DNA of 64,000 nt from an uncultured delta proteobacterium (GTDB lineage: Bacteria; Myxococcota_A; UBA9160; SMWR01): positions 416,001-480,000 of the forward strand of contig CAWHTE010000001.1 of NCBI GenBank assembly GCA_963832165.1, written 5' to 3'. The translations under genes and the position numbers were made by a program. Positions 20,281 to 30,456 of the stretch are shown here, one piece after another. Positions within the stretch are counted from its first letter, which is position 1; the number at the start of each line of letters is the position of its first letter. The notes beneath the pieces were generated by a model. That model was not told where the DNA came from. It saw only the letters and a program-made list of their open reading frames with translations, and searched no databases.

Positions 20281-21048
20281 ATGGGTGAGCAGAGCGCGGC
20301 AGTCGAGACGGTGCGCGGCTGGATCTCCGCCGCGCAGCGGATCGTCGTGTTGACGGGCGCCGGTATCTCCACCGACTCGGGCATCCCGGACTTCCGCGGG
20401 CCGCAGGGGCTGTGGACGAAGAACCCCGAGGCGGAGAAGATGGCCACGATCGGCCACTACATGGCCGATCCCGAGGTGCGCAAGCGCTCCTGGCGCATGC
20501 GCCTCGAGATGGGGATCGACCGCCTCGAGCCCAATCCCGGGCACCGCGCGCTCGCGCTGCTCGAGCAGCGCGGCGTGCTCCACACGCTGATCACGCAGAA
20601 CGTCGACGGGCTGCATCAGAAGGCCGGCCTGTCGCGGGACCGGATGGTCGAGATCCACGGCACGCTCACCGAGGTGATGTGCATGGAGTGCAACGAGCGT
20701 GCGCCGATCGATCGCGCGCTCGCGCGCGTGCGCGCGGGCGAGGAGGATCCCGCTTGCCGCAGCTGCGGCGGGATCCTCAAGTCGGCGACGATCTCGTTCG
20801 GGCAGAGCCTCGTGATGGACGACCTGCGGCGCGCAGAACGCGCGGCCCTCGGCTGCGATCTGCTGCTCGCGGTCGGCACCACGCTCGCCGTCTACCCGAT
20901 CGCGGGCGTCGTCCCGATTGCCAAGCAGGCCGGTGCGCGGATCGTGATCCTGAACGCCGAGCCGACCGAGATGGACGATCTCGCCGACGCGGTGCTGCGC
21001 GGCTCGATCAGCGAGATCCTGCCGCGCCTCGTGGCTCCCGCGAGCTAG
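20281..21048 (+). CDS. cobB: Sir2-family NAD-dependent deacylase
   Basis: TGAGISTDSGIPDFRG, TQNVDGLH, EIHG and CxxC...CxxC. Confidence 0.92.
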   Translation: MGEQSAAVETVRGWISAAQRIVVLTGAGISTDSGIPDFRGPQGLWTKNPEAEKMATIGHYMADPEVRKRSWRMRLEMGIDRLEPNPGHRALALLEQRGVLHTLITQNVDGLHQKAGLSRDRMVEIHGTLTEVMCMECNERAPIDRALARVRAGEEDPACRSCGGILKSATISFGQSLVMDDLRRAERAALGCDLLLAVGTTLAVYPIAGVVPIAKQAGARIVILNAEPTEMDDLADAVLRGSISEILPRLVAPAS

Positions 21049-21130
21049 TCGTCCGAAGAATCGTCCCCGGGACGAGACGGCGCGCTCGTATAATCCTCGG
21101 GCGGGGGAGTGCCGGTGCGGGAGCCAGTCG

Positions 21131-22688
21131 ATGCGCCTCCACGATTTACTCGAGTACTGGGCGCGCACGACGCCCGCCGCCACTTTTGCGGAGTTTCGCG
21201 GCGCGCGGCTCTCCTACGCCGAAGCCGACGCGCGCGCGAACCGGATCGCGCACGCGCTCGCGGCTGCGGGGCTCGAGGTGGGCGAACGCGCGGCGATCCT
21301 CGCCAAGAACAGCCTCGACTACGCGCTGTTCTATTTCGCCGCCTCGAAGGCGGGCGTGGTGCCGGTTCCGCTCAACTACCGCCTCGCGCCGCCCGAGTGG
21401 TCGTTCATCCTCGGCGACGCGGGTGCGAAGGTGCTGATCGCCCAGAGCGAACTCGCCCAAGCGATCGATCCCGTGCGCGGTGAGCTATCGGCACTCAAGC
21501 GCGTGATCGCGATCGGCGCGGCGCCCGCGGGCTGGGAGGAATGGGAGACGTTCCTCGCCGGTCATCCCGAGACGCCGCTCGAACGCGCTGTCGCCGAAGA
21601 CGATGACGTCTACCAGATGTACACGAGCGGAACGACAGGCCGGCCGAAGGGAGCCGTGATCCAGCAGCGCGCGCTATGCGAGAACGCGGCTCAATTCGGA
21701 ACGACGGTCGCGTGCACTCCGGGCGAACGCTCGCTGATCGTCGCGCCCTACTACCACGCAGCCGCGATGATCATCACCACTGTCACCGTGCGCGCGGGTG
21801 GCACCCTCGTGATCCACGAGGACTTCGTCCCGTCCGACGCCGTGCGCGCGCTCTCGGAGGACCGGATCCACGTCGCGCTGCTCGTTCCCGCGATGATCCA
21901 GTTCTGTCTGACGGCGGTACCCGACGTCGCGCAGCGCAGCTACGACGACCTGCGCCTGATCCTCTACGGCGCGTCGCCGATCTCCGAGACCGTGCTGCGG
22001 CGCGCGATCGAGGTGTTCGGCTGCGGCTTCGTGCAGGCGTACGGGATGACCGAGTTCACCGCGATCGCGACCTGCCTCCTGCCCGCTGATCACGAGCGCG
22101 CGCTGCGCGACAAGCCGCGCCTGTTGCTCTCGTGCGGCCGACCTCTCATGGGGGCCCAGGTGCGCGTGGTCGACCGCGACGGTCGCCCGGTTCCGATCGA
22201 CACGATCGGCGAGATCCAGATCCGCGGGGCTTCGCTGATGCGCGGCTACTGGAATCGGCCCGAGGCGAACGCGGAGTCGCTGCGCGGCGGCTGGATGCAC
22301 ACGGGCGACGCGGGGTCGTTCGACGACGAGGGCTACCTCTACGTGCAGGACCGCGTGAAGGACATGATCGTATCGGGTGGCGAGAACGTGTATCCGCGCG
22401 AGATCGAAGACGTTCTGTTCCGCCACCCCGAGATCGCAGACGCGGCGGTGATCGGAGTGCCCGACGAGGAGTGGGGCGAGGTGGTGAAGGCGATCGTGGT
22501 ACCGGCCGCGGGCTGTGCGCCGACCGCCGCGCAGAGTCATCGACTTCTGCCGCGGGCAACTCGCCGGCTACAAACGCCCCCGCTCGGTCGATTTCGTTGC
22601 GGCGCTGCCGCGCAATCCGAGCGGCAAGGTTCTCAAGCGCGAGCTGCGAGCGCCTCATTGGAAGGGTCGCCAGCGCGGAGTGAACTAG
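21131..22688 (+). CDS. Long-chain fatty acid-CoA ligase with a +1 frameshift near 22535
   Basis: [17 protein letters not shown] and [16 protein letters not shown]; the conserved tail [37 protein letters not shown] continues in the next frame to TAG 22688; TATAAT at 21089. Confidence 0.88.
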
Positions 22689-22911
22689 GAAAGCCCGTCT
22701 CGAGCGGGCGACGAGAGAAACGCCTCGCCTGAGCGGCCTCGATTGGGGTACGCTCGTAGGGTCCGCGGCCGAATCGGAGAGCCGCTGCGCGCGCCCGCCT
22801 CGGGCCAACGGCTCCCGGACCGATGCGATCGCTTCCACGCGGTCGACTCCCCGGCTCGCCACGGCAGTCAACCGAACTACCGGAGCAACCGGTGAACAGG
22901 GAGGTGGCTGC

Positions 22912-23460
22912 ATGGATCGCCACGCAGTCGAGGAATATTTCCGGAAGAATCCGCCCAGCAACCGCGTAGACGTGAAGGAGCTGCTCGACCGCTGCGAGCG
23001 CGCGGTGGAACGACATGCACGGGAGGACGCCTGGCTCGCCGCCAAGGCCTATGCCCTCGACCGCGCGAAGCGATGGCAATCGGAATGGAGCCAGCCCGCG
23101 AGCGAGCGCTTCGTGACCAACGAGGTGTGCCACGAGCTGGCCTGGGAGCTCGAGCACCACGAACCCGCCGTCCAACCCGGTGCGGAAGAACACCTGGTCG
23201 GTCGGCTCGTGAAGGAAGCGCTTCCGGACGACGCCTGGGAGGTGATCCGACAGTGGGTGCTCGCGCTCGCTGCTGAAGAGGAGCACCGCGCGTGGCGGGA
23301 GATCGTCGACTTCACCGATCACCGCGCGCGACACATCATCAAGCAAGAGGGCTTCAACCGCGATTCGACCTGGGAGGACGACCACCAGTACACGGCGATC
23401 GCGGCCCACGTGGCCCGGATCCTCGCTCACGAGTACTCGCTGCACGCCCATCCGCGCTGA
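22912..23460 (+). CDS. Hypothetical, probably all-alpha His/Glu-rich protein
   Basis: GGAGG RBS and strong GC3 codon bias; no family recognised. Confidence 0.7.
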   Translation: MDRHAVEEYFRKNPPSNRVDVKELLDRCERAVERHAREDAWLAAKAYALDRAKRWQSEWSQPASERFVTNEVCHELAWELEHHEPAVQPGAEEHLVGRLVKEALPDDAWEVIRQWVLALAAEEEHRAWREIVDFTDHRARHIIKQEGFNRDSTWEDDHQYTAIAAHVARILAHEYSLHAHPR

Positions 23461-23520
23461 TCGGCCGCGCCGCTGCGAGCACTCTTGCGTTTCGCTGCGG
23501 TCGCGGACCAGAATGCGGGG

Positions 23521-23850
23521 ATGCTCGACGATCTCGACGCGAGTCAGCGTCTCCAGCTGATCAAGTTCGTGTGCTCGTTCGCCTGGGCCGATCTCGAGGT
23601 GAGCGCGGAGGAGCGCTCGTTCGTCGCCCGGCTGGTCGAGCGCCTCCAGCTCGACCCGCGCGAGCAGCGCGAGGTTCGCGGCTGGCTCGACCGACCGCCG
23701 CCGCTCGACAGCGTCGATCCGATGACGATCCCGCCCATGCACCGCAAGAGCTTCCTCGCCGCGATCCAGGGCGTGGTCGCTGCGGACGGCGAGATCACCG
23801 CCGAGGAGCGCGAGACCCTCGCTGTGCTCGAAGACCTGCTCTCCGCCTGA
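23521..23850 (+). CDS. TerB-like protein
   Basis: FAWADLEVSAEER...VVAADGEITAEERE duplicated TerB motif. Confidence 0.8.
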   Translation: MLDDLDASQRLQLIKFVCSFAWADLEVSAEERSFVARLVERLQLDPREQREVRGWLDRPPPLDSVDPMTIPPMHRKSFLAAIQGVVAADGEITAEERETLAVLEDLLSA

Positions 23851-23875
23851 GCGGCCAGCGGCTAGAATCGCGCCC

Positions 23876-24244
23876 ATGAAACCCATCCAGATCGTCACCG
23901 ACTTCTGCAACGCCGTGCCGAGCCGCAACGTGGAGGAGCTGGTCGGCTTCTTCAGCGACGACGCGGTCTACCACAACATTCCGATCGCCCCGGTCCAGGG
24001 GCGCGAGGCGATCGCGGCCACGCTCCGCGGCTTCCTCGACCCCGCCACCGAGTGCGCGTTCGAGGTGCTCTCGATCGCGGGCGAAGGGCGCAAGGTGCTC
24101 ACGGAGCGCGTCGACCGCTTCACGATCAACGGCAAGAACATCGCGATCCCCGTGATGGGCACGTTCGAGATCGACGCGCAGGGCAAGATCAGCGCCTGGC
24201 GCGACTACTTCGACCTCGCGCAGTTCACCAAGCAGATGAGCTGA
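23876..24244 (+). CDS. Limonene-1,2-epoxide hydrolase (NTF2-like)
   Basis: AVYHNIP, VLTERVDRF, PVMGTFE and WRDYFD. Confidence 0.9.
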   Translation: MKPIQIVTDFCNAVPSRNVEELVGFFSDDAVYHNIPIAPVQGREAIAATLRGFLDPATECAFEVLSIAGEGRKVLTERVDRFTINGKNIAIPVMGTFEIDAQGKISAWRDYFDLAQFTKQMS

Positions 24245-24246
24245 GT

Positions 24247-25110
24247 ATGAGTGCTCGACTCGTGAACGCGGGCGGCCGCGCCGGACTCTGCATGGGCGAC
24301 CAGATCGTGGACGTCGAGCGCAGCGCCGCGGGTCGCTTCGGCTCCGATCCGATGCAGGTGCTCGCGCGTTGGGACGAGTTCCGCAGCTGGGCGCAGGGGG
24401 TCCGCGCGGGTTCCGGTGATGCGCCGCTCGACGAGGCGTCGCTGGGTCCGTGCGTGCCGCGGCCGACCAAGGTGTTCGGGATCGGGCTCAACTACCGCTC
24501 CCATGCGGCCGAGGCGAAGCTCGAGCTGCCGAAGCAACCGCTCGTGTTCACGAAGTTCCCGAACTGTCTGGTCGGGCCGCGCGCGGACGTCGTGCTGACC
24601 TCCGAGCGCGTCGACTACGAGGTCGAGCTGGTCGTGGTGATCGGCCGCGGCGGACGCCGGATCGACGAGTCGCGCGTGCGCGATCACGTGGCGGGCTACT
24701 GCGTCGGCCAGGACATCTCCGACCGCGCGCTCCAGTTCGCCGACAAGCCGCCGCAGTTCTCGATGGGCAAGTCGGCCGACACGTTCGGCCCGATCGGACC
24801 GGCCGTGGTATCGCTCGACGCGTTTGCCGACCCCGACGACCTGCCGCTCTGGTGCGAAGTCTCGGGGCAGCGGCTCCAGGAGGATCGGACGAGCAACATG
24901 ATCTTCGCGGTCGCCGAGCTCGTCGCCTACCTCTCGCGCTTCTGCACGCTCGAACCCGGCGATCTGATCTTCACGGGGACGCCCGCAGGAGTCGGCAGCG
25001 TGCGGGATCCGCGCCGCTACCTCGCACCCGGCGACGAGATCGTGAGCGGTATCGAAGGCATCGGCCAGCTGCGCAACCGCTGCATCGAAGGCGAGCGAAG
25101 AACAGCCTGA
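24247..25110 (+). CDS. Fumarylacetoacetate hydrolase family protein
   Basis: IGLNYRSH, DYEVEL, GKSADTFGP and GDLIFTGTP. Confidence 0.92.
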   Translation: MSARLVNAGGRAGLCMGDQIVDVERSAAGRFGSDPMQVLARWDEFRSWAQGVRAGSGDAPLDEASLGPCVPRPTKVFGIGLNYRSHAAEAKLELPKQPLVFTKFPNCLVGPRADVVLTSERVDYEVELVVVIGRGGRRIDESRVRDHVAGYCVGQDISDRALQFADKPPQFSMGKSADTFGPIGPAVVSLDAFADPDDLPLWCEVSGQRLQEDRTSNMIFAVAELVAYLSRFCTLEPGDLIFTGTPAGVGSVRDPRRYLAPGDEIVSGIEGIGQLRNRCIEGERRTA

Positions 25111-25739
25111 TGGCGATCGTTCTCGTGCGGCACGGCGAGACCGCGGGCAACGCGCAGCGCGTGCTCCAGCATCCGGAGACGCCACTCTCGGAGCGCGGGC
25201 TCGCCCAGGCGCGCCGGGTGGCGGAGCGCCTCGCGCTCACGCGCGTCGCCGAAATCGTCGCGAGTGACTACGCGCGCGCTCTCACCACCGCCGAGCTGAT
25301 CCGCGACGCGTGCGGTGCGCCGCTCGCGATCGATCCCGAGCTGCGCGAGCGCAACTTCGGCGACCTGCGCGGCCGCGCGTACGCCGAGCTCGGGTTCGAT
25401 CCGTTCGCCCCCGGCTACCACCCGCCCGCCGGCGAGAGCTGGGACGACCTTCACCAGCGCGTCGACCGGATGTGGGAGCGCGTGAGCCCGCGCGCGGCCG
25501 GCCTCGAGGGCGACCTCGTGCTCGTCACGCACGGGCTGGTCTGCCACTCGCTCTTGTCGAGGCGGATCGACGTCGGCGACGCGACGTTCGCTCCGGCCCA
25601 GTTTCCGAACACCTCGGTCACGATCGTCGAGCCGGCTCCGCCGTGGCGGCTGGTGCTGCTCGGCTGCGTCGCGCATCTCGATGCCGAGCTCGCACGCGAC
25701 GCACGCGCGCGATCCGGCCTCGATGCTATTCGCCCGTGA
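25110..25739 (+). CDS. Histidine phosphatase family protein
   Basis: LVRHGET, LRERNFG and LVTHG. Confidence 0.9.
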   Translation: MAIVLVRHGETAGNAQRVLQHPETPLSERGLAQARRVAERLALTRVAEIVASDYARALTTAELIRDACGAPLAIDPELRERNFGDLRGRAYAELGFDPFAPGYHPPAGESWDDLHQRVDRMWERVSPRAAGLEGDLVLVTHGLVCHSLLSRRIDVGDATFAPAQFPNTSVTIVEPAPPWRLVLLGCVAHLDAELARDARARSGLDAIRP

Positions 25740-26061
25740 GGCGAAGGTCGGCTGCGCCGCCGAGGTGCTCCGGGGTGATCACGTAGTCGCCCCCCACGGA
25801 CGTGGTCACCACCGCCATCGCGGCATCGCGGTCGCCCCAGGTCCAGATGAACGACCCGCTGCCGAGCGCGATCCCGCTCGCGGCGTAGAGCAGCTTGAAT
25901 GGGCAATACACCAGGCTGATCAGAGCGGCGGTCGCACCCAGTCCGCCTTCGCGGAGCAGGCTTGGGTTCTCCATGCGCGCTGCCGCGGGAGATCCCGCGA
26001 GCGACGCGGCGACCGCGAGGAGCGCCGATCCACGCCGCAAGGGCGAAGAGCGCTGAGTCAC
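25726..26061 (-). CDS. Hypothetical exported/membrane protein
   Basis: Signal-like N-terminus, hydrophobic SLVYCPFKLLYA segment and GGDYVITPEHL; GGAAGG RBS. Confidence 0.6.
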   Translation of the reverse strand: MTQRSSPLRRGSALLAVAASLAGSPAAARMENPSLLREGGLGATAALISLVYCPFKLLYAASGIALGSGSFIWTWGDRDAAMAVVTTSVGGDYVITPEHLGGAADLRLTGE

Positions 26062-26156
26062 GGTGGCATCCCTTCCGGGGGGGATGACCCGGCGCAGTGT
26101 AGGGCGGCGCTGGACGCCTCGCACCTGCCGGTGCAAACCCGCGAAATCCCCAGCGA

Positions 26157-26756
26157 TTACGCGGGCTCCGGAATCGGCTCGGCGCCGCGGCGGCGCACCC
26201 GCAACGCGGCGAGGCGCAGTGCGGCCGCCCCCCAGGTCAGCGCGGCGAACGGCAGATACACGCGCGAGATCGCGACGCTCGCCGTCCAGTTGAGCGCGAA
26301 GATGAACCAGATCCAGTGCAGCCCGGCGCGGTGGAGCAGCGCCCATCGGCGCGGGCCCAGCCAGCGCGCGGTGCGGTCGAACGAGGTCGCCGCCATCGCC
26401 GCGATGAGCAGGTAGGCCAGCCCTCCACCCGCGATGGTGACCGGGTCGGCCTCGAATGCGTCGCCGAGCAAGAGCGCGAGCAGCGCAATCGCGAGCCCGT
26501 GCAGACCATGCGCCCACGCGAAGCTGACACCGAGGTAGCGCCGATTGCGCAACAACCAGCGAGTGGCAGGCGATGGGTAGAGCCGGCGCAACGGCGCGGC
26601 CGAGTAGACGACGATGAACACCGCGAACGAGACTCGCACGGTGAAGCGCGTGAGCTCGCGCAGCCCGGGCTCGTCGGTGCCGAACCCGAGCACTCCGGCG
26701 CCGAACAGCGCGGTCTCGATCGCCGCGAGCAGCCAGAACACGCGCCAGCCGTTCAT
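26157..26756 (-). CDS. Ferric-reductase-like (MsrQ-like) heme-binding membrane protein
   Basis: NRRYLGVSFAWAHGLH, AATSFD and WALLHRAG. Confidence 0.75.
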   Translation of the reverse strand: MNGWRVFWLLAAIETALFGAGVLGFGTDEPGLRELTRFTVRVSFAVFIVVYSAAPLRRLYPSPATRWLLRNRRYLGVSFAWAHGLHGLAIALLALLLGDAFEADPVTIAGGGLAYLLIAAMAATSFDRTARWLGPRRWALLHRAGLHWIWFIFALNWTASVAISRVYLPFAALTWGAAALRLAALRVRRRGAEPIPEPA

Positions 26757-26763
26757 GTCGAAG

Positions 26764-27489
26764 TCAGCCTTCGCGCAGGTCGAGCACGGCGCCGTTCGGG
26801 AACGTGTCCTTCTGCACGAGCGCCCAGAGATCGCGCGCGGCGTCGGCGGGGTCGCGCAACGCGCCAGCGCGGTGAAGCTCGCGGAAGCGTTCGACGACCG
26901 GAAACGCTTCCTCGGTCATCGCGCGGATCTGCTCCTGCATCGCCGTCTCGATCACACCCGGCGCCACCGCGAGCACGCGGCAGCGCCCGCCGCGGCGCTT
27001 CTGCTCGGCGCCCGCGGTGCGCACCCATTGGTCGACGGCCGCTTTGCCGGCGCCGTACGCAGACCAGCCCTCGTAGACGTTGCTCGCTGCGCCCGAGCTG
27101 ATGAACAGCAGCGTGCAGGGCGTTTCGGTTTCCGATGCGGCGTGCAGGAACGCATCGCCGAGCGCCTGGGGCGCCGCCGAGTTGAGCAGCACCTGGCGCG
27201 CATAGCCCGCCGCATCGACCTCCCCGGCGAAGCCGATCGGGTCGAGCGTTCCCGCGCTGTGCACGAACACCACGCGTTCACCCGCGAATCCCTTCATCTC
27301 GGATGCGAACAGGTTCGCGACGCGGCTCCACTCGGCCGGATCGGCGAGATCGGCGGGGAAGTGCTCGACGCCGGCCGCCCCGCGCCGGCTGATGTCGATC
27401 ACGCGCGCGCCCGCGTACGGCACCGCGCGCGCCATCGCGAGCCCGATTCCGCTCGATGCGCCGGAAATGAAGATCAGATGATCACTCAC
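26764..27489 (-). CDS. Short-chain dehydrogenase/reductase (sepiapterin/benzil reductase-like)
   Basis: ISGASSGIG, ISSGAA, YGAGK and PGVIETAMQ. Confidence 0.88.
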   Translation of the reverse strand: MSDHLIFISGASSGIGLAMARAVPYAGARVIDISRRGAAGVEHFPADLADPAEWSRVANLFASEMKGFAGERVVFVHSAGTLDPIGFAGEVDAAGYARQVLLNSAAPQALGDAFLHAASETETPCTLLFISSGAASNVYEGWSAYGAGKAAVDQWVRTAGAEQKRRGGRCRVLAVAPGVIETAMQEQIRAMTEEAFPVVERFRELHRAGALRDPADAARDLWALVQKDTFPNGAVLDLREG

Positions 27490-27495
27490 GCGCGG

Positions 27496-27505
27496 CAGTA
27501 TACTG
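27496..27505. promoter_or_regulatory. Palindrome CAGTATACTG giving TATACT -10 boxes on both strands (bidirectional promoter)
   Basis: Lies 7 nt before the SDR GTG on the minus strand and upstream of the thiolase AGGAGG RBS on the plus strand. Confidence 0.55.
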
Positions 27506-27538
27506 GCGCCCCCCTGTGTACGAGGAGGAGCACACCCC

Positions 27539-28711
27539 ATGCCCGAGGCCTTCATCGTTGGAGCCGTCCGCACGGCCGGTGGCCGCAAGAACGGCAAGCT
27601 CAAGAACTGGCATCCGATCGACCTCGGGGCCTTCGTGCTCGACGAGCTCGTCGCGCGCACGGGCGCCGACCCGGCGCTGATCGAGGACGTGATCTTCGGC
27701 TGCGTCGACCAGGTGGGCGCGCAGTCGGCCAACATCGCGCGCAATGCGGTGCTCGCCTCGCGCCTCCCCGAGAGCGTGCCCGGCACGACCGTCGACCGGC
27801 AGTGCGGCTCCTCGCAGCAGGCGCTGCACTTCGCCGCGCAGGCCGTGATGAGCGGCGTCCACGACGTGGTGATCGCGGGCGGCGTCGAGGTGATGAGCCT
27901 GGTGCCGATCGGTGGCAACGCGATCGCGGGCCACAAGGCCGGCATGGGCAGCCCGTACGGCCTCGGCATGAAGAAGCGCTACCCGGGTGCGAAGTTCAAC
28001 CAGTTCGCGGGCGCCGAGATGATCGCGGAGCGCTGGGGATTCTCGCGCGAAGACCTCGATCGCTTCGGTCTCACCAGCCACGAGAAGGCGGCGCGCGCGA
28101 CGCGCGAGGGCCGGTTCGCGCGCGAGATCGTGCCCGTCGAGGTGACGCTCGAGGATGGCACGAGCGAGAAGTTCGCGGCCGACGAGGGCATTCGCGCCGA
28201 CGCGAGCCTGGCCGCCATGGCGGCCTTGAAGCCGCTCTCCGAGAAGGCGCTGCTCACGGCCGGAACGTCGAGCCAGATCACCGATGGCGCGGCCGCCGTG
28301 CTCGTCGCGAACGAAGCCGGTCTCGCGAAGCTCGGTGCGACTCCGCGTGCGCGCATCGCCGCAATGGCGCTCGCGGGCGACGACCCCGTGATCATGCTCA
28401 CGGCACCGATCCCGGCGACCGCAAAGCTGCTCCAGCGCGCGGGCATGTCGATCGACCAGATCGATCGCTACGAGGTGAACGAGGCGTTTGCGTCGGTGCC
28501 GCTGGCCTGGCTGCGCGACACGGGCGCGGATCCCGAGAAGCTGAACGTGAACGGCGGAGCCATCGCGCTCGGCCATCCGCTCGGTTGCACGGGCGCGAAG
28601 CTCATGACGACGCTCTTGCACGAGCTCGAGCGCATCGGCGGGCGCTATGGGCTCCAGACGATGTGCGAGGGCGGTGGGCTCGCCAACGCGACGCTGATCG
28701 AGCGCGTCTAG
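27539..28711 (+). CDS. Acetyl-CoA C-acyltransferase (thiolase)
   Basis: DRQCGSS, NEAF, GGAIALGHPLG and MCEGGG. Confidence 0.95.
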   Translation: MPEAFIVGAVRTAGGRKNGKLKNWHPIDLGAFVLDELVARTGADPALIEDVIFGCVDQVGAQSANIARNAVLASRLPESVPGTTVDRQCGSSQQALHFAAQAVMSGVHDVVIAGGVEVMSLVPIGGNAIAGHKAGMGSPYGLGMKKRYPGAKFNQFAGAEMIAERWGFSREDLDRFGLTSHEKAARATREGRFAREIVPVEVTLEDGTSEKFAADEGIRADASLAAMAALKPLSEKALLTAGTSSQITDGAAAVLVANEAGLAKLGATPRARIAAMALAGDDPVIMLTAPIPATAKLLQRAGMSIDQIDRYEVNEAFASVPLAWLRDTGADPEKLNVNGGAIALGHPLGCTGAKLMTTLLHELERIGGRYGLQTMCEGGGLANATLIERV

Positions 28712-30321
28712 AACCGGCCCTCGACCGACAGCCCCGCGGCCCAGAGGAACCCCTCGAACGCGACGGCGCCCGTGATCGGGCGGCCGTCCGGTCGGGCGGC
28801 CGCGAACGGATCGCGATTCGAGGTGAATCCGAGCGTCGCGAAGTTGCCGTCGGCGTCCTGATAGGTTGCGAGCCCGCCGAGGTTCTGGCTGCGCCCCTCG
28901 CCCACGCGTCGCGTCTCGTAGACCGCGGCCTGGAAGCCGGCCACGAGCCGCACGCCGCGCCGATTCCGACCCCCCCAGTGATAGGCGACGCCCGTCGAGG
29001 CCAGATGGCGGTTGGACGAGAAGCTGATCGCGTCGAGGTGGCCCTTCGAGACCACGCTGGGGTCGTACACGTAGCCGACGAGCAGATCGATCGACGAGGT
29101 CGCATTCCACTCGACGCCGGTGCGGACCGCGACGGTGTCGCGCATGTCGTAGTCGAGCACGAGCGAGCGGATCGCGTCACCGGGCGCGGCCCGCGCGGCG
29201 GGATTGATCGGCTGCAGCGCCGGAGCGAGTGCCGCCGGCAGCGCGACGAGCCCCGGCGACAGGCGCACCCGTGCGTCGGAGCCGAGACCGCTCGCCGCGC
29301 TCCACTGCGTCCATTGCAGATCCACCGACCAGGTGACCCGATCCACGACGTCCCATGCGAAGCCGCCCTGGAGGTGTCGCGGCATCTCGAGCACGAGCCG
29401 ATAGCGGGAGCGGCTGTACTCGGGCAGCACACCGAATCCGGCCGACGGGTCGATCCGCAGCGCGACGTCGCCCTCGAAATCGACCGGCGTCTCCTCGCGG
29501 TAGGCGAGGCCGAACGCGAGCCCGTCCAGCAGCCGATAGCGCAGCCCGAGCGTATAGCCCGCGGATCCGAAATCCGATTCGAACTTTCCGACGCCGAGCT
29601 CGGCCGAGTCGTCGCTGCGCAGAGAGAGGGCCCCGTCGTCGCCCCCGTCGATCGTCGCCGCAGCCGGCACCGCCTCTCCGGTGGCGAAGCTCGCGGCCTG
29701 TCCGACGAAGCCGTCGCCCAGGAACGCGTCGATGCGGAGCCTGTCGAACGCCACCCAATCGAGGGTCGCGCCGACCGAGAGCCGCTCGCTGAGCCGGACA
29801 GCCAGCGACGGCGCGAGCTCGAGCACGAACAGCGACTGGTTGCGGCTGTTGAAGCGATGGAAGCCGCGGTCGCTCCAATCGGCCGTGATCGCGAACGGAG
29901 CTCCGAAGCCGATCCCGAACACGACGCGGTCCGAGAACGGCAGCCGCTGCGCGCTGTCGAGAGCCCCGAGCGGAAAATAGGCACCGAGGCTGGGCGCCAC
30001 CGCGACGTCGGAGCCCCCGAGCGTGTGCTCGGTCTCGTGGTCGCCCTCTGCATCGGAGAAGATCAGCGGGCGCGTATCGATCACGCGCACATGGACGCCG
30101 ATCTCCGGCGCTCCCAGATCGCCTGCACCGGCGGGGTTGTAGTACCAGGACGACGGATCGCCGCCGCGCGCGGTGACGGCCCCACCTAGCAGCGCGGACC
30201 GCTCGCCCATCCCGATCGTCTGAATCCAGTCGGCGCGCGCGCCCGCGGCGAGCGCGACCAGCGCGGCGGTGACCCAGCACGCGGGGTGGAGCGATCCACG
30301 GACCCGACTCGCGAATCTCAT
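28708..30321 (-). CDS. FadL/TodX-family outer-membrane channel for hydrophobic compounds
   Basis: Signal peptide, hatch motif YYNPAG, GIGFGAPF, beta-strand pattern and C-terminal Phe. Confidence 0.85.
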   Translation of the reverse strand: MRFASRVRGSLHPACWVTAALVALAAGARADWIQTIGMGERSALLGGAVTARGGDPSSWYYNPAGAGDLGAPEIGVHVRVIDTRPLIFSDAEGDHETEHTLGGSDVAVAPSLGAYFPLGALDSAQRLPFSDRVVFGIGFGAPFAITADWSDRGFHRFNSRNQSLFVLELAPSLAVRLSERLSVGATLDWVAFDRLRIDAFLGDGFVGQAASFATGEAVPAAATIDGGDDGALSLRSDDSAELGVGKFESDFGSAGYTLGLRYRLLDGLAFGLAYREETPVDFEGDVALRIDPSAGFGVLPEYSRSRYRLVLEMPRHLQGGFAWDVVDRVTWSVDLQWTQWSAASGLGSDARVRLSPGLVALPAALAPALQPINPAARAAPGDAIRSLVLDYDMRDTVAVRTGVEWNATSSIDLLVGYVYDPSVVSKGHLDAISFSSNRHLASTGVAYHWGGRNRRGVRLVAGFQAAVYETRRVGEGRSQNLGGLATYQDADGNFATLGFTSNRDPFAAARPDGRPITGAVAFEGFLWAAGLSVEGRF

Positions 30322-30456
30322 TCCGGGCCTCGATATCACAGCCGGTCCCGAAATGCCCCATCGACGGCCGGACCGAGTTGCGTGCTCTGCGTCCTAAAGT
30401 GCGCCGTCGAAACGTCCGAACTAATAGCGCTATCATTTTTCGCGGGGAGGGGAACC

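Noticed and set aside
26614..30189. 1191-aa plus-strand ORF
   Set aside because: Arg/Ala-rich shadow frame overlapping the SDR, thiolase and FadL genes; typical of high-GC DNA
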